Origin: Geosiphon pyriformis uo1
Lineage: Eukaryota; Fungi; Glomeromycota
Direction of reading: 5' to 3'
Assembly (NCBI GenBank): GCA_016748015.1
Contig: JAAOMT010000360.1
Location: forward strand, 1-49,680
DNA length: 49,680 nt
Position 1 is the first letter of the stretch. Every line of letters starts with the position of its first letter. The notes under the pieces were generated by a model that was not told where the DNA came from, made no database searches, and saw nothing but the letters and a program-made list of their open reading frames with translations. Below are positions 35,795 through 47,997 of the stretch, piece by piece. Position numbers and translations under genes: made by a program.

Positions 35795-37636
35795 ATGAGT
35801 GGTCCTAGTGCTAAGAGAAGGTCTGCCAGAGTCTTGACCGCTGGTTCAGTTAGTGGTGGTTCAACTCAAAAAGTCAAAAAGCCTCTCAGTAGTGTTAAAC
35901 TTTCAAGTACGGATAAGAATCTCAAAGATGGTAGACCTGTTAGTGTAGACGGGCAACCTACTAGCATGGATACAGATGGAAAAGCCTTTGATGGTAAAGT
36001 CACCTCTGACTCTCAAATGAATATGCCCAATGCGAAGCGTTTTAATACTGGTGCGGCTATCAGTTCCCCTCTTGGCTCTATTAATTATAACATGGATGAT
36101 GAAAAGGAAGTTTCTCTTCCTCCCCGTTTGTCTTTCTCTTTGGAAAAGATGTGAGTGGACCCCAAAATTGTTAAAACTCAGGTGGAAGTAGCTGTGAAAA
36201 AATCTTTTGCTTTGGACATCAATCTTTCGGCTGTGGAAGGGAAATCAGCAACAGCTAAAACTCAAGTTGTAAGGAAATTATTTTCAAGAATCAATGGTTT
36301 TGGGGGGGCCACTACTCCCTCAAAATTTGAAGGGATCATCAGATCGATGTTCACTTCGTCAGAAAGCATGAAGAAGACCACCTCATTGGCCAAGGAAAAT
36401 GACATCGTGGTAAACAGTGATCTTAAGAGACAAAAAGTTCATTCAGATCGGGCAGTGGTCATCAAGGAAATTCCCATGAATATGCCAAAAGAAATGATCG
36501 TCACTGCTGTGTCTGAATTTGGTCAAGTGGTGTCAATCTGATTGCAACTCATTGGGCTGTGGCAAAAGACTGTGGTGGAGTTTGCTGAATCAAGTCAAGC
36601 AGATCAGTTGGCAGCTAAGTGGTCATTCTTAATTGGGAAAAATTCAGTGCGCATGGCCAAGACTGTGCAAAATCGTGAGATGTGGGTGTCTAAAGATTGG
36701 TATAGGGTGCTTTTGTTTACTTTGCCAGTGGAAACAATGGCTCATGATCTTGGCAATCTTTTGGTGGGGGCTGGTGGGAAAACTTGTGTCATAAATTGTT
36801 TTTTAGACACTGGCAATAGGATTTGTTGTGCTGTAATTTGTTTTGAAAATGACAAGGATTTGGAGTCTGCGTTTCATACAGAGCCTGTTTTTGGTGGGGT
36901 GAAACTTTCTTGGGCTAGATTGGACCTGGTTCGGTGTGAACGGTGTAGAAAACTTGGTCATTCAGTTCTGGAGTGTGATGCTAAGGTCTCACATTCTCCT
37001 AAACTTTCCAAGTCATTTAAAAAGGTCGTCTCTAATGAAAACTGCCTTCAGTTGGCCAAGCTATATGCAAAAAAGAGTGTGTCTATTTCTAGACCGGCTG
37101 TGTTTGGCGGCAAATCATGGGCCCAGGTTGTCTCTCTAGCATCTTCATCTAATGGTCCTCACTTTGGTTTTGGTCCTAATTTTGGCTCTTTTTCTGGCGC
37201 CTCAGGTTTGGTTGGTAACTCGTCTTTTGCAAGTCCTGTTAGTTTGATTTTGGAAACTCGTCTCGCTTCTCTGAAGCGCTCTTTGGAACTTTTTACAGAT
37301 AAGATGTCCAGTATTGTTGGCAAACTTGATAGTTTAAGTCTGGTGCCCTTGGCTCTCGCCTCCTCTTCTTAGCCCTTAGTTGCTTCTGGTTTGGTTGATA
37401 CGAAATTCGGTTCAGATATGGTTTTGGATGAACCTGATTCTGTGGTTGATCCTCTTTCTTTGATTTTCTCTGGTGCTTCAAGGTTGGGTTCGAGTAGTTC
37501 AAAAATTCTGACTTTGAAAGTGGGCTGCTTGGAGTCAAAGATGGTGGCTCTCGAAGCTTTGGTTAGTTCAGTATTGGAGAAGTTAGATCAAATGTGTGCT
37601 GGCTCAGGTTCTGCAGTCTCTTTTGTACCTCAATGA
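35795..37636 (+). pseudogene. LINE ORF1 (RRM-like region and CCHC knuckle)
   Basis: Four in-frame pieces; RAVVIKEIP, LLFTLP, CERCRKLGHSVLEC. Confidence 0.88.
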
Positions 37637-40600
37637 ATGATTTAGTATGGAAAATAGCCACGTGTAATGTCAGGAGAATGAACAATTCAGCAAAGTAAGA
37701 GGATGTTATATGTTGGCACAAAGATTTGAACAATTTAGTTTCGATTGTTACTGAGACAAAGTTGAAAGATAAGATTTGGCCTTGGATTACTACCAAATTT
37801 GATGGTGTTTGGGTCTTCATTTCTGGTTTGGATTCTGGTTATCTTGGTTCTGGTGTGGCAATTGTTATGAACAATTCTTTGGCAAGGCACGTTTTCAAGG
37901 TTTCTGAGGTGTCCAGTCGGCTCCTCTCTGTCAAACTTCTCTTCAAAAATAAACTTTCGGTTTCTGTTTTGGGTCTCTATACTGGTGCCTCTTCAAGTAT
38001 CTGATTCTCACAGGCTGGCGACATCAATTCTTTGATTGCTAAGGTGGTAAATGAATCATCTTTTGTGGTCTTGGGGAGTGACTTCAATAAGAATGGCGTT
38101 TGTAAAAGTGCCAGTTTCAAAAAGTGCTTTGATCTGGATTTGGTTAATGTCTTGAGTGGAAGTGTGCTTGTAAAGATGCCGACATGGGGTAACTCTTGTG
38201 GTGTTGTCAAGACCATTGACTATATGTTTGTCTCTTTGAGCTTGATCAATGCTGTGGTGGATCGTGGTGTGACTGGTGTCGAGGACTTTTTCAATACTAA
38301 TCATAAGGCTGTTTCTGTGGGCTTGAATGGCTTGCTTGACTCTCAGCTGAATTCGATGCGCAAGCAGACTAATAAAGATTGTTGGAAGTTTGATTTCGGA
38401 AATGCTGGCAAGAAAGGGTGGAACAATTTTAAGAATGCTATGTTGGCCAATGGCCTAATGTTCTCAAGTAATTTTGCTGCTTCTGCAGAATCTTCAGATT
38501 TGGATGCTATGTGGGACATTGTACACAAAGTAATGGTTCTCTCAGCAGTTGGAACATTCAAAAAGAAATGGTTTAAGGGTTATGATGAGGTTTTTACTAA
38601 GAGTTCTTCTAGGTTTTACAAGCTTGAGTTGTTGGTATCCAAGCTGGTTAAGGCGTCTCATTTGTCGTTTAGTGTGGAATTTGCGTTGTTGTTGAATACG
38701 TAAGAGAAGCTCAATGTCAATGGTGCTTTGGTGATGAAGTCTTTATTTCTTTCAAGTTCCAGTTTTGACAGGATTCACTCAGCTCTGGCTAAGGCGAGAA
38801 AGTCTTACTGCTTTGCTAAGTTGCTGGAATCTAAACACGCTGAAGAATCTCATATTAGGGCGGCTATTAATAGAAGGATGGAAAGTTTCGAATCAGACAA
38901 GAGTCACACTATCAGGAGTGTTTTGGAGTGTCCCTTTCGCAAAGTGGTACTGGATCATTTGGTTGTGGGTAATGAGTTGATTTTGGAGCCCAGCTTGGTC
39001 AAGGCTAGGATGGATGGGATCATGGAAGGCTGGACCAGGAAGCACAAGGTGGTGCCAGATATCTCTGATATTTGGTCTTGCCAGTACATGCCTTTGGAGC
39101 ATGTTTTTGATGGTGCATTTTCTGGTGTAATAAGTCCTGTTGGTTTCAATGAGTTGTTCAGTGTGGTTTCTGGTCTGCCTAAGGGCAAGGCTGCTGGTCT
39201 CTCTGGGATTTCAAACAAGCTCTGGAAGCACTGTGACAGATCAATTTTGGACATGTTTTTGGTACTTTTAAATTCTTGTTTGATTCGTGAGTCAATACCT
39301 AGTGCTTGGAAAGAAGCCTGGGTCTCAATGATTCCCAAGCCATATGAGTGGGAAGAAGTTCTTACAAACACCTGACTTATTGTCTTGATTGAGACTGCCT
39401 GCAAGATTCTTTCCAAGATTTTTTCAGATAAGATCTTGTTGGCTTGTAGTACTTTTGACGTTCTGTGTGGGGACAATTTCTCGGTTTTAAAGGGTATGAC
39501 AAACCAGTTTCTCATTTTTGCTATTGGTTCAGTTATTGAGGATGCTCTGAAGAAGAATCGTGAACTCTGGTTGGTCTTGCAAGACATGTGAAAGGCTTAT
39601 GACTCTGTTGGATGGAAACATCTTCGGGACAGTTTGGTTAGGATAAAGATGTGTCGCAGGTTCATTAGGTTCTTTGGCAGCATCCACAATGGTTGCATTA
39701 ACAGAGTTATGACGGATTTTGGTTTGACAGACGAGTACGAGGTGCATGATGGCTTGGACCAGAGGGAGGTGTTCTCACCACTCCTTTGGTGCATATTTTA
39801 TGATCCTCTTTTGTGTGAAGTTAAGAGACAGGCGGATGGGTGTGGTTATAGATTGAATTCTCATTTTATTTCTGGATGTGGTTGTGCTGAGTCTCAGGCC
39901 GGTGTATCCTCATTTTTCACAGCAGATGCCTTTGTTGATAATACTATCTGGGTTGGCAGCAGTCAAAATGCCACACAACACATTCTCAACGTTGCTAGTG
40001 AATTTTTCAGTATTAATGCCATTTCAATTAATAATGATAAAACTGTTGCCATTCCCATTAATTGTGATGGTACAGCTTCCTCTTTGCTGATCAGTGGGTC
40101 ACCCATTTCTATCGCCAAGAAGGGGGAATCGCATCATTATTTGGGGATCTATTTGTCAACTGAGAGTTTTTCGAAGCCTAGCTTGGTTAAGGCGCATTCT
40201 GATGTCCGGTTTTTTTCTAATTTAGTCCTAAGAAAGGCAGTATCTGATAAGCAATTTTCATATTTGGTTTCGGCGGTCCTCTTTCCTATCATTGAATATA
40301 GGACACAGTTCAGTTACATTCCTATTAGTGCTTATGGAAAGTAGGACACTTTGATTTGTAAGAACTTGAGATCTAAGTTTGGTTTGCCATGTGATTTCCC
40401 CAATAATGCAATTCATCATCCCTCTCTGTATGGTTTGAAGACTTTTGAACAGGTTCAAGCTGAAAGCAAGATGGCTTTGGTCATTTTCTTTGTGAACTCT
40501 GTTGGGATTTTGGGGCATCTATTTTCTTACCAGTCACATGATCTTCAGGTCCTCTGCTGGCACCCGCTACATCCTTTGCAGTGTCTGGTTCGTGTCAAGG

Positions 40601-42315
40601 TTAATCCTCTAAACAATTTTCTGACAGGTATGGTACATATTTTTTCTGGGTGTGATTTGTCATTGGGTGGCTTTCTGTCTAGTGCTTTTTGTCGTCGGGA
40701 TGGAATCTCTATGTCTCTTGTTCTTGGTGAATCGAATTATGTCAAGAATGTCTCGTCACTTCGGCATTATGGGATTGCTTTTGTAGACCAGCTATGAGAC
40801 CGAAATGGGGCTGTTTTCGAGTGGAAGACCTTCAAACGGTGGAAACGGTTAGACTCACGTGGTCCGGTTCTTGTCTGGTTTAAGCTGTCAGTTTGTTTTC
40901 TTGGTGGCATGTCTTCTTTTCCTGTCTGCTCCACACTTTTGGCTGATCGCGGCTCTTCGGATGTTCTTCGGTCTCATGAGTTTGGCATCATTGGCGCCGG
41001 TTTATTCAATTCTAATGTTGGTCGTCTTTCTGTTTACACAGATGGATCTCTAAGTGATTTAGGGACTGTTGATATAAAAGCTGGGGCTGCTGTTTTCTTT
41101 GAGGACATTAGTATGGGTTTGGGTATGGGGGTATCTGGTTTGATGTCTTCTACCTTGATAGAACTGCAGACTATTGCTCTGGTACTTGAATGTGTCCCTC
41201 TTTCTCGTTCAGTCGACTTGTTCTCAGACAGTCAGGCTGCTTTAAATGCTTGCAAGTTGGAAATGGAATTGGTTTGCCCAGATTTTAGGAATTGGTGTTG
41301 GATTGAATGCTGCCATATTGTTAATGTCATTCATCGTAAGAATTTAAAAGTTAATTAGTGTAAGGTAAAAGGACACTTAGGGGTTTTAGGCAATGAATGA
41401 GCTGATAAGTTGGCCAGAGCTGCAGTTCTCTCTGGTTGGCATCTGCCTCATTCTGTCGATAAACACTATCTTAGGGGTGGGGAAACAACCATTTCTGGTA
41501 ATTCTAGACATTTTGTTTGGGATATTTTTTGGTCAGTTTATCATGTATATTGGGAAATCAGTTGTGGTATGAGGGTGGTGGCGGATAGTCTACGCACAGA
41601 TATTGATTGGTTTAGATCATCACTGGTTTGGCATTTGGATTCTCACATGGCTGCTGGCTTTACTAGCAAGCGGACTGCTGGCTTCCGAACTTACTTTATG
41701 AAGACATTGTACCATTGGCTCCCTGTCGCCATGCGTAAGTGGCTTTATGATAAGTGATACCCCAGTGTGATGTGTTTGTTTTGCGGTAATGTCGAGGTCT
41801 CAAACCATGTGTTTTTTTGTTCATTTAATGCCAATGGTCGTGCTCAGTTGTTGGACGCTCATGCAGCTGTTTGGGGTGTGTGCTCCGGTTTGGCTTATTC
41901 TTCCTCAGGTGTTTCGCAGCTGATGTCTACTTGTGTATCTGACATTTTAGTTAGTACTGCTCTATGCAAAGGTTTTGTTTTCAAGGATTGGTTTTGTGAG
42001 TCTGTTTCTGTCTTCAAAGACTCCAGGATAGCGGGTCAGACTATTATGGCCTTTGTGCGTGAGTTTAGCTTGGCTTTTTGGGAAGACATTTGGTTGGTTC
42101 GTGTCAAGTACCATGCTTTTATGGAAAAAAATGGGCTTATTTCGTGCAATGGGTCAGTTCCTGTCTCGATTTCTGGGCTTTCTTTAAGGCTGTCATCTGG
42201 TGTGACTTAGCTGCTGAGTGTTGCTAAGACGATTGGTGTCAGTTTTGGATTCCGTAAGTCTTGTTTGTTTTTTTCTGGCATAGGAGGTAAGATTTCTGTT
42301 CATATAGATGCTTAG
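37633..42315 (+). pseudogene. LINE ORF2: APE endonuclease, RT, RNase H, C-terminal Zn finger
   Basis: IATCNVR, TETKL, GSDFN, TIDY, TNHK; IPKP, LQDM*KAYDSV, GLDQ, AFVDNT; VYTDGS, FSDSQA, KVKGH...GNE*ADKLA; CLFC...HVFFC. All pieces are in one frame. Confidence 0.93.
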
Positions 42316-43651
42316 TGTTGTCCTGATTGGTCCGAGTGGCTGGTCACATGTGGATAATGCATGATTTACACCTAGTTTAGATCATTTATATGATGTATTG
42401 CACTAGGCAATGTTTGAATTTCGCTCGTTAAATGTTAATAAAAAAAAAAAAAAAAATACTTTAATAATTTTAATAGTATTATTAAATTGTAAAATTAAAT
42501 TAATATTATTAAGTAAAAAAAAATAATTATTACTTATTTTAAATGTTTTAATTAAAATTTATGTTAAATCTAAATAATTAATTCCAATTATTATACAGTT
42601 TTTTAAATCTTAAATTATTTGTTAAAAAATAAATTAGTATTTTTTTTAGTAAGTATATTTATTATATCTTATATTATAATATTAACCAAAAATTATAAAT
42701 TAATTAAACAAAAAACAAATTATATTTAAGTTATAAATTTAGTAATAAATAGATTATTTAAGCTAAATATTAAATTGAAACAATTTAAAAAATTTATTGT
42801 TCAAAAATTTGAAAAATAAATTACAGAAATTTAAATTTATATAATAATGTATTTTAATTTTAAAATTCTTAAGAATTAATTTTTATTTTTAAAATACAAA
42901 TTAAGTTTTTTATTAATATATATATAAAAACTTTACCAAGTTTTAAATAAATAAATTTGATTTTAACAATAAAAATATAAAATATTTTAATAAATAAATT
43001 AGAATTATTACTTTTATTTACAAGCATAATATTTTTTTAACATAAATTTAAATAACTGATTATGTGTAAAAAATGCAAAAATGATAATTTTCTTTTTTTA
43101 TTTAATAATATATTATAATTCAGTTAAGATTAAAAATATTAATTTTTTATTATTTAAACTTTATACTTAAAATGTCTTTTATTTAACAAAACTAAATCAG
43201 GTACTTAATTTATTTGTAAAATTTATTAAGAATTAAGAATTAAATTAAACCAAAAATTTTATATGTAAAGTATTTCAAATTTAAAAAAATAAAAAGCCAA
43301 TTGTATTTTTAATATATAAAAATTCAATTAATAAAATTCATATAAAAAAACAATCTTATAAAATATTAACACTAAAAACCAAATTATTGTATAATATCTA
43401 TTAATTATTATTATCATTATTTAAGGTTTATAGCAATTTGTAATGTACATTATTATTAATACAATGTTAAATGTGTTCTGCTTATTAATATTTTTAAAAG
43501 TTATCAATTTTATCAATATATTTCGGTACAATATTAGACACAAAAAAGTTTTATTAAATATCTTTCCGTAATATGCTAGATAGTGTAAATAAACTACGTT
43601 GGGAAATTCGTATATTAGGTTCAAAGTTTGAACACATTTCCTTTTATTAAA

Positions 43652-44746
43652 TTATAAAGCTCTTTCAAAAAGATTCTCCCCAATAATGTTTTCTAGCCCT
43701 TTAAATGGTACGCTACATAAAAAATTTCTTACTATTTCTGTAGTTATTCCCGCGATTTTGATAATTACGCCAAATGGAGTAAAAGTTTCACAGAGACCTG
43801 ATAATCCAGAAGCTGACCATATCAATTCTGGAGGCTTTATCATTTTGTGCACTATAATATTGTCGAATTCTTTAAGAACATGAAGGGTTAATTCTTCAAC
43901 TTTTGGCCCACAGATTACTAAAGTCGCAAAGCATTCATATGGGTCTAATCGATCTTTTAAGTTATTATGCGTTTTGTCTAGATCAATTGATAATATATTA
44001 TTTATTGAATTTTTTCTATCGGAATAGCGATTATTTGAAAGCAAGACCACATCACGAAAGATTAATCGCTCTCCAAGTAAAATGTCGATGCCTGACTCAT
44101 ACCCAGAAAACTCCCATTTTTCCCCTCGTGACATTCTACCACTAGTGAACCAATCTAAAACCACAAGAGAGGAATTTTTGTCTTCTAGCACAAACCTTTG
44201 GCGTTGTTTGAACTCAGCGCTACGAAAACATGTCGTTGGTTCTGGTAGTTGAAGCAACAATGAATTTTGGTGAATTCGAGCATGAAGCGATTGCTGTGTT
44301 GTTGTTAATTTCGTTAAAAATGTGGGCGATTCTTTCTGATTCAAGTCGGGAGAAGCAGAAATATAAAACTCAAAATCATTGGTGATAGTTCCTAAAGTAT
44401 TGTTCCCAGTTGATGCTTCATTTTGTGAATTATGAGCATAGTCATTAGTCAATCCCTGAGCTCTTGGACGACTCTTATATACTTTTGTCGAACCTTGAGT
44501 AAGTAGCAGTAAGTTTACGCCTTCCTTACAGTCGATCTTTACTGATACACTATCACCAGACACTAAGCCTCCTCCATATGTCAAAATATATAAAGCGGCC
44601 AAAGAAGGACTGTGAGTGCGTGGTGAAAGAAATTTTAACGGATACGAAGCGTGTAAAGTAGAGAATACCGGTCGAATTTTGCTGCTGAGTGGAATTTCAC
44701 AAACAACCTCTCCCTGACCAGGTTTCAACTTTTGTTGATTTTTCAT
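43652..44746 (-). CDS. ureD: Urease accessory protein UreD/UreH, intronless
   Basis: YPLKFLSP, YILTYGGGLVSGD, LLTQGSTKVYK, LPEPTTCF, LDWFTSGRMSRGEKW; ATG at 44746. Confidence 0.93.
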   Translation of the reverse strand: MKNQQKLKPGQGEVVCEIPLSSKIRPVFSTLHASYPLKFLSPRTHSPSLAALYILTYGGGLVSGDSVSVKIDCKEGVNLLLLTQGSTKVYKSRPRAQGLTNDYAHNSQNEASTGNNTLGTITNDFEFYISASPDLNQKESPTFLTKLTTTQQSLHARIHQNSLLLQLPEPTTCFRSAEFKQRQRFVLEDKNSSLVVLDWFTSGRMSRGEKWEFSGYESGIDILLGERLIFRDVVLLSNNRYSDRKNSINNILSIDLDKTHNNLKDRLDPYECFATLVICGPKVEELTLHVLKEFDNIIVHKMIKPPELIWSASGLSGLCETFTPFGVIIKIAGITTEIVRNFLCSVPFKGLENIIGENLFERAL

Positions 44747-44854
44747 GAAAGGCAAATGTTTGTACAATGATCAAAAAATTGCACATTGAAATTGTAAAGA
44801 TCGGCCAATTGGAAACGCGTCGCAACTTCGAAACGCTCTTGAATAATTACAAAA
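44747..44854. promoter_or_regulatory. 108-bp bidirectional promoter between ureD and MCMBP, with CCAATTGG and ACGCGT (MCB-like)
   Basis: Divergent ATGs at 44746 and 44855; ccaattgg at 44805-44812; acgcgt at 44815-44820. Confidence 0.55.
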
Positions 44855-47674
44855 ATGTATACTATTAAAGATTATGTAGAAAGACCTCTCGACGTAGTCA
44901 AGAAACTTTTTGGTAAAGCTAAATGATACTCAGAAGTTCAATTTAATAATCAGGTTTTAACATAAAATACTTGGCTTTAGAGGCCAATTGGAGCCCGATA
45001 ATACCCGCCAGTGGTAGCCACTTTGGCATTCCTACGAACTTCAAGCAAGTATTCGATACCGAGGAAGCTATTCAACAGGTTTTATACTCTAAGATTGAAG
45101 CTGAATTAGTTGTTTCAAAATGAAAACCAGAAAGTCAAACATGCATCCTAGATTCCCTCACTAAATGACATAGCAGCGCGAGACATCCCTTCAAATACAC
45201 TTGTAAGGTTTCGCGCCATGATCCAAAATTCTGGGTTAGGTCACGAGATTTATGTAAGCGTATTTGAATCGTTGTGTACTAATGGCAATCAGGTATTTCA
45301 TTCTTTAATCTATTAGCTGTCAGGCTATACCTTGCGAAAAGCGAGTGTAATAACTGATCTTTAATTTTAAGCAATGGAATTTGCACAAATACAGCGACGA
45401 TATTGATCAGGTAATACCATTTTCTGCCGATATTTATTTTCAAGAATCTTCATATCTTATCTAAATTCTAGGCGAGCCTCCTTAGTCCAGTTTATGATTC
45501 TGCAGAGAGCGTATTCGACGAGCGTCATCTGTATTATTGTGTATCAGTACCGGGTGAAACTAACTGGGTGAAAGAAATATCCTTAATGAATATATACCAC
45601 GATTTCTAAGGAAATTTATTTTTATGATCCATTCAAAGTTTTCTTGATTCTCTTATACGGATATACAGATATAAATTTATCTCGGCCAAAGAAAAACATA
45701 TTGAATGTTCGAGGTCTGAACTCTAATAAATTATATATATATGTATATATTTTACATTAATATTGATATTTTTTTGTAGACCTTGAACTTTTAACTTCCA
45801 ATCTATCTATCGATGAAGAGTACCATGACGAACACATAATGTCGAAATTTCCATTTCCCAATGAAACTCATGTTTCCGCGATTGTGAAGGTCCAATAACA
45901 TCCACTTCTGCTACATAACCCAATTTAGTCTTTTTTTTCTGTTTTATGGTTAAAATGAATACATTTTCAGGTTTACGAAAAAGACGAGTCTTTGAAAGTG
46001 TGTGATGTGGTGGAGTTCATTGGCGTGATTGATCATCCTAGGTTTCCTTTTTTTTTTAAAGTTTCTTTGGATTTAAATCTTTATTGCGTCTTATATGATA
46101 TTTTTTTATTAGCCAATATCAAGAAGTATTGGATAATGGTGATTTCATTGAGCCAATCTCGCTTCTACCGGCTCCCCGCATCCACGCAATCTTTTACAGA
46201 AAACTACACCATTCCAACAATCCATTGATCTCATTTTCAAATCTGGATGCCAGTTTGTATTCAAAAGAATGGCAACTCATTTATTGAATCTGAATTATGC
46301 TAAATATTATATTTGAATATTGATCAGCAATCCATCAGGTCAAACAGGCAGCGAAGCTCACCAGAATTGCATTGATAAAGTATATTGCTTCAGCCTTCAA
46401 AGAGGACTTGCTAGTAGCTGAGTTTGTCTTACTTCAACTTCTTTCCCGAACGTAAGAATGGTTTCCCAATGACTTTGTATCAACATATTTCGGACATTTT
46501 CATGATTTTTTACTCGACATTACAGTTATAATCGCCGAGAGGATATAACACTAGGAAAATTTGGCTTAAATATTACAAATATACCACCAGCTAAATTCTC
46601 AAATAATGACAGCTTGTCCTCTCGTCCAATATCATTGACCCACAGTAATCCATTCGCTAGAAATATTGGCACTCTACTTTCTTCACTTTTACCAAAATAC
46701 CATGATCTTCCCCTAAATCTTTCTACGCTTAACAATATTTTTTTCTATCCACAATGCGAGGACGTTTTGCAATCTGGAGTATTCCAAGTCAGTGAAGGAA
46801 CTTGTTTTTCTATAGATGAGACTGTATTAAATGAAGGAAAATTAGGTGATCAGGGTAAGTTCATATTAGAATGGATAATTTACTTCCGATAAGTTATTAA
46901 AAAGCTCCACATTTTTTGATTTCCTCTAGGTGTGCGAAATGCTCAGGTTTTGGCACAAGTTTTAAGGAATCAAAAGTTAAATTACGTGTTTCCATTCAGC
47001 AATTTTGAATTCAATATTGATATCGGGTTAATTATATTGTCGAACGCTAAAAGCCTTTTCCCCGTAAATATTCTAATATTTTCGTTTTTATCGATGTCAA
47101 AGATTATATGTTCAACGATCGTAATAACTTTGCTTACCTTCTAGGCTGACTGTGCCATTCCTCTTGATCATTCAATGGGAATAAATACAACGCCGTCTCC
47201 AAGCCCAGACACTATGAATAACTTTAGGAAATATTTGAGTATCATGCGTCATTCAGAGTATTTAATTCCTGAGAATATCGCTGAGGCAATGATCATTTTC
47301 TTAATTTTGAAATTTCAAAGAAAACTCGCTCCCAATAATTTTCCCAAAATTTTTTGCAGTTTATTCAACGTCAATTTGTTAGTCAACGACAAGAAGCATC
47401 TCGGGAAGGTACCCCTTTAATGACTCCTGAGGATTTATTTTTCCGAATGAACCTAGCAAGGCACGTAAATCATTATTGTAAATCCTCGAATGACATTGAC
47501 ATGGTATTTTATAATCACTCATTTACTGATTTGGTTTATCGAATTGCTCACAGATTGGTTACTTTAAGCTTCGGTGAAGTAGAACTAACAACGGAGTTGT
47601 GGAATTATACCCAAAAGTTGGATCGAGCCCGTCAACAGCGAATTGAACAGATTGGGCTAGCACCTACGGAATAA
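44855..47674 (+). CDS. MCMBP: MCM complex-binding protein (MCMBP/Mcb1), multi-exon
   Basis: IPSLN...LVRFRAMIQ, YYCVSVPGETNWVKE, LKVCDVVEFIGV, DLLVAEFVLLQL, LQSGVFQV...IDETVLNEGKL, LARLVTLSFG; the junctions I checked join in frame. Confidence 0.92.
45577..45658 (+). other. U12-type AT-AC intron in MCMBP
   Basis: Donor ATATCCTT, branch-like TTTCTTGAT (45640-45648), acceptor TAC; removal gives in-frame WVKE|GYTD. Confidence 0.88.
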
Positions 47675-47997
47675 AGTAGCAAAACTTTTGTCCATTTTGT
47701 CTGAAATTCTAAATCAAGCATAAAAGTACAAATTAAGCTTAACTGAAACAGTTTAAAGATCCAAATAGTTAATTAAAGTAATGCAAAAGTGCTATTATCG
47801 GCTAATACAAAGTGCAAATTGATATGGATAATTTATCATGGTTGCAGGTCGCCGTTTAGTTGAGAAAATTTCTGTCGGCAGTTGAATATAGCATAGGCCT
47901 GCTAATATTTAATAGATACCGATGGGGGCTAAACTATCTAGGCGTTTTTCAAAGTAGTTCTCAAACAAAAATCGTCCTCCATTTTTAGGAATTATTT

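Larger units (their letters stand above)
35671..42450 (+). mobile_element. LINE copy 3, full-length non-LTR retrotransposon (ORF1 plus APE-RT-RNase H-Zn ORF2), inactivated
   Basis: 5' UTR, two overlapping ORFs, ~125-nt 3' UTR and poly(A); candidate TSD aaaaa(a/t)actt on both sides. Confidence 0.95.

Noticed and set aside
39930-39945. DD>DN catalytic change shared by three RTs as a functional variant
   Set aside because: A single G>A change explains each case and B keeps YLDD; most likely a mutation hotspot.
35795-42315. Alternative genetic code or stop readthrough explaining in-frame stops
   Set aside because: All three stop types occur, at Trp/Arg/Gln positions that differ between copies, and host genes use the standard code; these are transitions.
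43652-44746. Recent bacterial transfer of ureD
   Set aside because: Although intronless, the motifs look like the eukaryotic UreD type and no operon neighbours are present.
46271-46327. Third GC-AG intron in MCMBP
   Set aside because: A GT donor at 46253 gives the correct phase.
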